Source of the DNA: Obrimoposthia wandeli
Taxonomy: Eukaryota
Assembly (NCBI GenBank): GCA_977020255.1
Contig: CDROCS010000253.1
Coordinates: 3,100,001 to 3,164,000, forward strand
DNA length: 64,000 nt
Direction: 5' to 3'
Part shown: positions 57,369 to 64,000 of the stretch, piece by piece
How positions within the stretch are numbered: position 1 is the first letter of the stretch
Layout: each line of letters starts with the position of its first letter
Notes under the pieces: generated by a model
Database searches by the model: none
What the model was told of the DNA's origin: nothing
Seen by the model: the letters and a program-made list of their open reading frames with translations, nothing else
Translations under genes and position numbers: made by a program

Positions 57369-58825
57369 TGAATAAGCTAAATGATAATAGCAAGCTTCGC
57401 ATGAAATGCGGTGCAGGAATTATAGCTTTAACTATTTTTTCTATTAGTGCCGCTGAGTTTCAAGTGACTAAAGCTAACCCACCTTTATCTTTTGAAATGG
57501 CAGTCAAAGCAGCTCAAAAAAATGATCCTTGGTTAACGGGGAATGTTCATAAACAACGATCCATCGAATTGATGAGTACTGCGGTAAATACGTTGCCTGA
57601 TCCAAAAATGTCAATTGGTCTAGCAAACATGCCAACAGATGGCTTTGATTTTGGCCAAGAAGGGATGACACAGGCTAAAGTGGGCATTTCACAAATGTTC
57701 CCTCGTGGAGATACCTTAGCTATTAAAAGCCAACAACTCAAAATTCAAAGTGAAGCGTTTCCCTACCAAAGGAAAGACAGGGAATCAAAAGTAGCAGTTA
57801 CCGTAGGAAGTTTATGGCTGGATGCCTATCGAGTTCAGCAAAGTATCGCATTAATTGAAAAAAACAGATCACTGTTTGAACAGTTAGCCGATGTAGCTGA
57901 AGCAAGTTATTCATCAGCTTTAGGTAAAACCCGTCAGCAAGATATTGTGCGAGCACAACTAGAGTTAACACGTTTAGAAGATAGGTTAGACAAATTAGCA
58001 CAACAGAAAAATCGTTATGAAGGAATGCTTTCACAATGGCTAACCAAGTTTTCTACAGGAAATAGCGCGATAGTTGAAGCGTCATTAGTCAGTGATTTTT
58101 CTTTACATAATATAGTCCTTAGTCAGCAACTACCTCAAATAGACCTACTTAATCGTGATTTAGTCTATAAAGAAAGTTGGCTTAAGGCAGGGGTGCTTCT
58201 CCGGTATTTCTCAAGTCATCCTTCTGTTGTCGCGGTAGAAAAGAAAGTCAATGCGACTAAAACAGGGATTAAGTTAGCGAAGCAAAAATACAAACCTGAA
58301 TGGGGAGTAAACGCAAGCTATGGCTATCGTGCTGATGATCCGATGGGGAGAAGTCGAGCTGATTTATTTTCTGTTGGTGTGACGTTTGATTTACCACTTT
58401 TTACTGAAAACCGACAAGATAAAGAAGTTCAATCAGCTATTTCTAAAACTGAGGCGGTGAAAACTGAAAAGTTACTCTTACTTAGGCAATTGCTCGGCTC
58501 TTATTCGAGTGCAAAAGGAAGGTTGCTTCGTTTAAAAGACAGACAAAACCTGTACAAATCAAAGTTATTACCTCAAATACATGACCAAGCAGAAGCCTCT
58601 TTGACCGCTTATACCAATGATGATGGCGATTTTTCAGAAGTTGTTCGTTCACGTATTGCTGTGTTAAATGCCGAAATAGACGATCTAACACTAAACGTAG
58701 AAGAGCAGAAAATACTGCTAGAACTTAATTACCTCTTTATAGGTAGTATCAATTCTACAATCTCACAAAACAAAATAAATTTAGCAAATAGCAATCAATT
58801 TACTGCTATTTCAGGAGAAAAATAA
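57368..58825 (+). CDS. Outer-membrane efflux protein, CusC-like
   Basis: TolC family; LPDP, F.QEGMTQ...ISQMFP; coupled to copG and cusB. Confidence 0.85.
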   Translation: MNKLNDNSKLRMKCGAGIIALTIFSISAAEFQVTKANPPLSFEMAVKAAQKNDPWLTGNVHKQRSIELMSTAVNTLPDPKMSIGLANMPTDGFDFGQEGMTQAKVGISQMFPRGDTLAIKSQQLKIQSEAFPYQRKDRESKVAVTVGSLWLDAYRVQQSIALIEKNRSLFEQLADVAEASYSSALGKTRQQDIVRAQLELTRLEDRLDKLAQQKNRYEGMLSQWLTKFSTGNSAIVEASLVSDFSLHNIVLSQQLPQIDLLNRDLVYKESWLKAGVLLRYFSSHPSVVAVEKKVNATKTGIKLAKQKYKPEWGVNASYGYRADDPMGRSRADLFSVGVTFDLPLFTENRQDKEVQSAISKTEAVKTEKLLLLRQLLGSYSSAKGRLLRLKDRQNLYKSKLLPQIHDQAEASLTAYTNDDGDFSEVVRSRIAVLNAEIDDLTLNVEEQKILLELNYLFIGSINSTISQNKINLANSNQFTAISGEK

Positions 58826-60627
58826 TGAGCAATAGTCTTAAACCAATAATTGTTGGCATGATCATCGGCGGTATCCTCACTTTTGGTGCAACTAATTTCA
58901 TCGTTCCTTCTGGTAGTGACCAAGTAAATAGCACTGCATCTGATGAGAAGAAGCCGATTTATTGGGTAGCACCAATGGATGCAAATTATAAGAGAGATAA
59001 GCCAGGTAAATCGCCAATGGGGATGGATTTAGTACCCGTTTATGATGATGGAGGAAAAGGACCGGATGAAGGCCCAGGCACAATCCGTATCTCACCTGAT
59101 GTTGTTAATAACCTCGGAGTACGTACCACAACAGCAAGTTACAAGTCATTACATACTGAAATAAGCACCGTGGGTTATGTTACTTACAATGAAGATAAAG
59201 TTGTTCATATTCACCCTCGTGTTCAAGGATGGGTTGAGAAGCTATATGTTAAGGCTGTTGGAGATCCTGTTAAAAAGAACCAACCTTTATACGACATCTA
59301 TTCTCCTGAATTAGTAAATGCTCAAGAAGAGTTGTTATTGGCATTAGATAGAAAAAATAGTCGATTAATCACTGCTGCGGAAAATAGATTAGCAGCACTA
59401 CAGTTACCTAAATCAGCCATTGTAAGACTTAAAGAAACTAGAAAAGTTCAGCAGAGAATAACGTTCTATTCACCACAGAATGGGGTTGTTGAAAACCTTA
59501 AAATACGTGAAGGATTCTTCGTTAAACCGGGTACAACGTTGATGTCAATTGCTGACCTTTCAGAAGTTTGGGTTGAAGCTGAAGTTTTTGAAAGACAGGC
59601 AGGCCAAGTTAAAACGGCTACACCCGTCACTATGACTCTTGATTATTTACCGGGTAAAACGTGGAAGGGTCAAGTGGATTATATCTATCCAACGCTTGAT
59701 GCTAAAACACGTACTGTGAAAGTACGTTTACGCTTCAATAATGAAAAGGGTGACTTTAAGCCTAATATGTTTGCACAAATTGCCATTCATACCACGGGTG
59801 ATGAACAAGCGCTACTTATTCCAAAAGAAGCCCTGATTAGAACGGGTAAACAAGACAGAGTGGTGCTTGCATTAGGTGAAGGTAGCTTCAAATCTGTTGA
59901 GGTTTCTGTGGGTCGTTATGACAGCGAAAGCGTTGAAATACTTAAAGGGCTTAGTGAGGGCGAAAAAGTTGTCAGTTCAGCACAATTTTTACTTGATTCA
60001 GAATCAAGCAAGTCATCTGATTTCAAGCGTATGAATAATAAAGGTGAAAGTAATGCTGTAATGCCTAGCTCTGTTTGGGTGCAGGCCACAATTCAAAGCA
60101 TGATGGCAGATCACAAAATGCTGACACTAGTGCATGATGCTATACCTGAATGGGATTGGCCAGAGATGACAATGGATTTTATAGCAACTGATACTGTTGA
60201 TTTCTCGCAGCTTAAAGAAGGTCTTAGTTTACATGTTGAAGTCACCAAAACAGCTAGTGGTGATTATCAAGTGAGTAATATCCATGTACCTGATGAAAGT
60301 AATGCGGCAATGCCTAGCTCTCAAGATAACGATAAAAAAGTTGCCACAGTAACAGGCACTATCAATTCACTAATGATTGATCATGGCATGATTAATATTA
60401 GCCGTTCAGCGATAGAAAAGTGGAACAGACCTGCTGCTACAATCGACTTCATTGTTGATAAAGCTGTCAGTTTGGCTGAGTTTAGCCAAGGTATGGAAGT
60501 GAAATTTACTTTTGAAATACGTGATGGAGACTTTATCATCACCAACATTGCGCAATTGTCTGAAGATGAACAATCAGCCGTTAAATCTTCTATTGAAGAA
60601 ACGCCTGTTGATCATTCAAACCACTAA
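58825..60627 (+). CDS. cusB: CusB-like membrane-fusion protein with N-terminal metal-binding domain and two C-terminal CusF-like domains
   Basis: YWVAPMD...KSPMGMDLVP, LYDIYSPEL, KPNMFA; HDAIPEWDWPEMTMDF. Confidence 0.88.
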   Translation: MSNSLKPIIVGMIIGGILTFGATNFIVPSGSDQVNSTASDEKKPIYWVAPMDANYKRDKPGKSPMGMDLVPVYDDGGKGPDEGPGTIRISPDVVNNLGVRTTTASYKSLHTEISTVGYVTYNEDKVVHIHPRVQGWVEKLYVKAVGDPVKKNQPLYDIYSPELVNAQEELLLALDRKNSRLITAAENRLAALQLPKSAIVRLKETRKVQQRITFYSPQNGVVENLKIREGFFVKPGTTLMSIADLSEVWVEAEVFERQAGQVKTATPVTMTLDYLPGKTWKGQVDYIYPTLDAKTRTVKVRLRFNNEKGDFKPNMFAQIAIHTTGDEQALLIPKEALIRTGKQDRVVLALGEGSFKSVEVSVGRYDSESVEILKGLSEGEKVVSSAQFLLDSESSKSSDFKRMNNKGESNAVMPSSVWVQATIQSMMADHKMLTLVHDAIPEWDWPEMTMDFIATDTVDFSQLKEGLSLHVEVTKTASGDYQVSNIHVPDESNAAMPSSQDNDKKVATVTGTINSLMIDHGMINISRSAIEKWNRPAATIDFIVDKAVSLAEFSQGMEVKFTFEIRDGDFIITNIAQLSEDEQSAVKSSIEETPVDHSNH

Positions 60628-60644
60628 TTAGGAGCTAAATACGT

Positions 60645-63600
60645 ATGATTACTTCTATTATTCGTTGGTCCGTTGGCAATCGATTTTTTGTCTTGCTAGC
60701 GACACTTTTACTTGTTGCTGCTGGATTATATTCAGTCAGTAAAACACCTATTGATGCACTGCCTGATCTATCTGATGTGCAAGTGATAATTAAAACAAGC
60801 TACCCAGGTCAAGCACCGCAAGTTGTTGAAGATCAGGTCACTTATCCCATGACTACTGCCATGCTGTCAGTGCCAGGTGCTGTTACCGTACGAGGTTATT
60901 CATTTTTTGGCGACTCCTATGTTTACGTTATTTTTGATGAAGATACTGACCTTTACTGGGCACGTTCAAGGGTACTTGAGTATTTAAGTCAAGTTGCCCC
61001 CAATTTACCTAGCGCTGCAAGACCTCAATTGGGTCCCGATGCTACAGGCGTTGGCTGGGTCTATTTATATGCCCTTACCGATAAAACAGGTCAACATGAT
61101 TTAAGTCAATTACGTAGTCTACAAGATTGGTTTTTAAAGTTTGAGTTACAGACTGTCCCTGGCGTATCAGAAGTTTCTGCACTTGGCGGTATGGTTAAGC
61201 AATATCAAGTGAGAATTGACCCAGATAAGTTACGTGCTTTTGGTATACCTCTTTCGCTTATTCAAACAGCGATTAAACAAGGTAATCAGGAAATAGGTGC
61301 ATCCGTTGTTGAGATGGCCGAAGCTGAGTACATGGTGAGAACTACGGGTTACATCAAAAGTGTTGAAGACTTAGAAAATATTCCATTAGGGGTTAACGAA
61401 AATGGCACGCCATTACTGTTAAAGGATGTTGCCGATATTGGTACGGGACCACAAATGCGTCGTGGTGTCGCTGAGCTTAATGGCGAAGGCGAAACTGTTG
61501 GCGGTATAGTCGTGATGCGTTTTGGTGAAAACGCTCAGCAAGTGATAAAAAATGTCAAAGAGAAACTTGAACAGCTTAAAAAAGGGTTGCCAGAAGGCGT
61601 TGAAATAGTGCCTGTTTATGACCGCTCTGCCTTGATTGAACGGGCAGTCGATAACCTGGCGTATAAGCTATTAGAAGAGTTCGGTGTAGTAGCGTTAGTT
61701 TGTATCATTTTCTTATTCCATGTTCGCTCTTCTTTAGTCGCCATTGTCAGTTTACCCGTAGGTATCTTGACCGCTTTTATTATTATGCATATGCAAGGTT
61801 TAAATGCCAACATTATGTCGCTAGGGGGCATTGCTATTGCCATTGGTGCGATGATTGATGGTGCTATCGTCATGATCGAAAACATGCATAAGCATATGGA
61901 GAAAACACCTTTAACCAATGAAAACCGTTGGCAAATCGTGACTGAATCGGCTAGTGAAGTAGGTCCTGCATTATTCTTTAGTTTATTAATTATTACGGTT
62001 AGTTTTGTTCCTGTATTTACCTTAGAAGCACAAGAAGGACGCATGTTTGCACCGCTGGCATTTACCAAAACGTATGCAATGGCTGCTTCTGCTGCATTGG
62101 CTATTACGTTAGTACCTGTACTGATGGGGTATTTTATTCGAGGTAAAGTGCTACCTGAACATAAAAATCCAGTAAACAGATTTTTGACCTTTATCTATGT
62201 ACCTGCTTTGAAAACCGTTTTACGTTTTCCAAAAATGACGTTAGTCGCCGCATTAGCTGTTCTTGCTATTGGGATATATCCACTGGATAAAATAGGTAGC
62301 GAGTTCATTCCACCGCTTGATGAAGGTGATTTGATGTATATGCCCACAACCTATCCTGGTATTTCGATAGGTCAGGCTCGTCAACTTCTACAGCAAACAG
62401 ATAAACTGATCAAAAGCGTTCCCGAAGTACAAACCGTATTTGGTAAAGTGGGTCGTGCTGAAACAGCGACAGATCCAGCGCCACTTACCATGATAGAGAC
62501 TTTCATCCAGCTAAAACCACACGACCAATGGCGAGAAGGCGTAACAACTGAAAGCTTGAAAAAAGAGTTAGATGCTTTAGTTAAACTGCCAGGAGTAACT
62601 AACGCTTGGGTTATGCCAATTAAGACACGTATTGATATGTTAGCAACAGGGATTAAAACACCTGTAGGAATCAAAATTGCGGGTCCTAAACTAGAAGTTA
62701 TTCAAGAAATAGGTAAGCAAATAGAGGTCATTTTAGCCGATGTACCTGGCACTGCGTCAGTTTATTCAGAGCGTGTTGCTGGTGGTCGATATGTCAAAGT
62801 TGATATTCAACGGGCAAAAGCCGCACGTTATGGTTTAAATATCGCTGAAATACAGCAAGTGGTGGCTACCGCTATTGGCGGTATGAATGTTACCCAAACT
62901 GTTGAAGGTTTAGAACGTTATCTGTGAAGTCTTACGTTATCTAAGTTATAGTCTCACCTGAAATATCTCTCTATTACCTATAGATTTTGCCTAATGGCAA
63001 CGAATCTCGATGGGAATGTTGCTAATATTAGTATGAAGATGGTTACTCAGACATCATCCCCTGAAAGCCGGTAAATGGTTGGGCCTTTGTTGATATCGAT
63101 GGAGTTGATGTTGGAACCTATGTTGTTGCTGCTCAGAAAGTCGTGGCAGATAAGCTCAAACTTCCTGCTGGCTACTCAATCGCTTGGGCAGGGCAGTATG
63201 AATACATGCAGCGTGCTAAAGCTAAGCTGACTTACGTTGTGCCATTAACCTTATTTATTATCGTCATTTTACTTTATCTTAACTTCCGTAATGTTATTGA
63301 AGTAGCGATGATCATGGGCACTTTACCGCTAGCGATGGTCGGTAGCATATGGTTGATGTATATAGAAGGTTATAACTTCTCTGTGGCTGTCGGTGTTGGG
63401 TTTATCGCGCTCGCAGGTGTTGCGGTAGAGATTGGTGTCATTATGCTGGTTTATTTAAATCAAGCTTATCAAGCAATGCTGAGTGAACATCGTTTAAAGG
63501 ATATTGCTACCACAAAAGAAGATGTACTACAGGCCGTTTTACATGGCGCGGGAATGCGTGTTCGCCCAGTGATGATGACAGCAGCCGCTATTATTGTTGG

Positions 63601-63772
63601 CTTATTACCTATTTTGTACGGAACAGGCACTGGCTCTGAGGTCATGAGTCGTATTGCTGCGCCAATGGTTGGCGGCATGTTAAGTGCGGTCATTTTAACC
63701 TTACTTGTGTTACCGGCATTATTTTATTTATGGCGTTCGTCATCGATAAAAAGTACAGCGTCAAAAGCATAG
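60645..63772 (+). pseudogene. cusA: CusA-like Cu/Ag RND pump, broken by a scrambled ~150-bp patch (62920-63073)
   Basis: [39 protein letters not shown]; the frame resumes at 63074 (NGWAFVDIDG...) and continues into ORF 63143-63772. Confidence 0.85.
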
Positions 63773-63869
63773 TGACATGAAGTTATAAAAACGAAGAACA
63801 TTAATGTAAATAACATTGCATTTGATGAATTCACCTAGAAAACCTTAATAACTAACGTAGGAGTAAACC

Positions 63870-64000
63870 ATGAAAACAGCATTACTTAAAAAAGTCAGTA
63901 AAATCGCTTTGGTATTAATACCAACCATTACTTTATCAATGGCAGCTACAGCACATGATCCCAGTATGCATGTAAAAAAGGCTGGAAAAGCTGATTGTAG
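63870..64000 (+). CDS. Secreted protein, 5' fragment
   Basis: SD AGGAG; MKTALLKKVSKIALVLIPTITLSMAATAHDPSMHVKK..., signal peptide followed by His/Met. Confidence 0.6.
   Translation, partial: MKTALLKKVSKIALVLIPTITLSMAATAHDPSMHVKKAGKADC

Overview
AT-rich gammaproteobacterial chromosome segment. Gene content and order suggest Alteromonadales, most like Colwellia (inference). Positions 1-40.6 kb are mostly core genome: Hsp70/DUF2760, yafJ, rlmF, divergent dinG/polB sharing a LexA box, metC with Met boxes, a LytS/LytTR pair, the pykA-hexR-zwf-pgl-edd-eda Entner-Doudoroff cluster with HexR boxes, rne-rluC, and maf-yceD-rpmF-plsX-fabD-fabG-acpP-fabF-pabC-mltG (no fabH). ERIC-like MITEs are scattered through this part. 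Three repeat copies carry an independently inserted ~48-57 nt micro-element; its two 48-nt versions are built from two GGA-loop hairpins resembling CsrA sites. After mltG, core synteny breaks inside a truncated MITE. A heavy-metal island follows. It opens with a three-level nested IS stack (IS66 in IS1595 in ISAs1) and a 160-bp IS1595-type MITE. It then carries dmeF/dmeR, a sensor-less BlaI + M56 protease pair upstream of czcCBA, hupE/ureJ, and a copL-copG-cusCBA-like copper cluster. cusA and hupE contain short, densely scrambled patches that may be assembly errors. No tRNA, rRNA or CRISPR array was seen. Family assignments come from motif recognition by eye; no database search was run.
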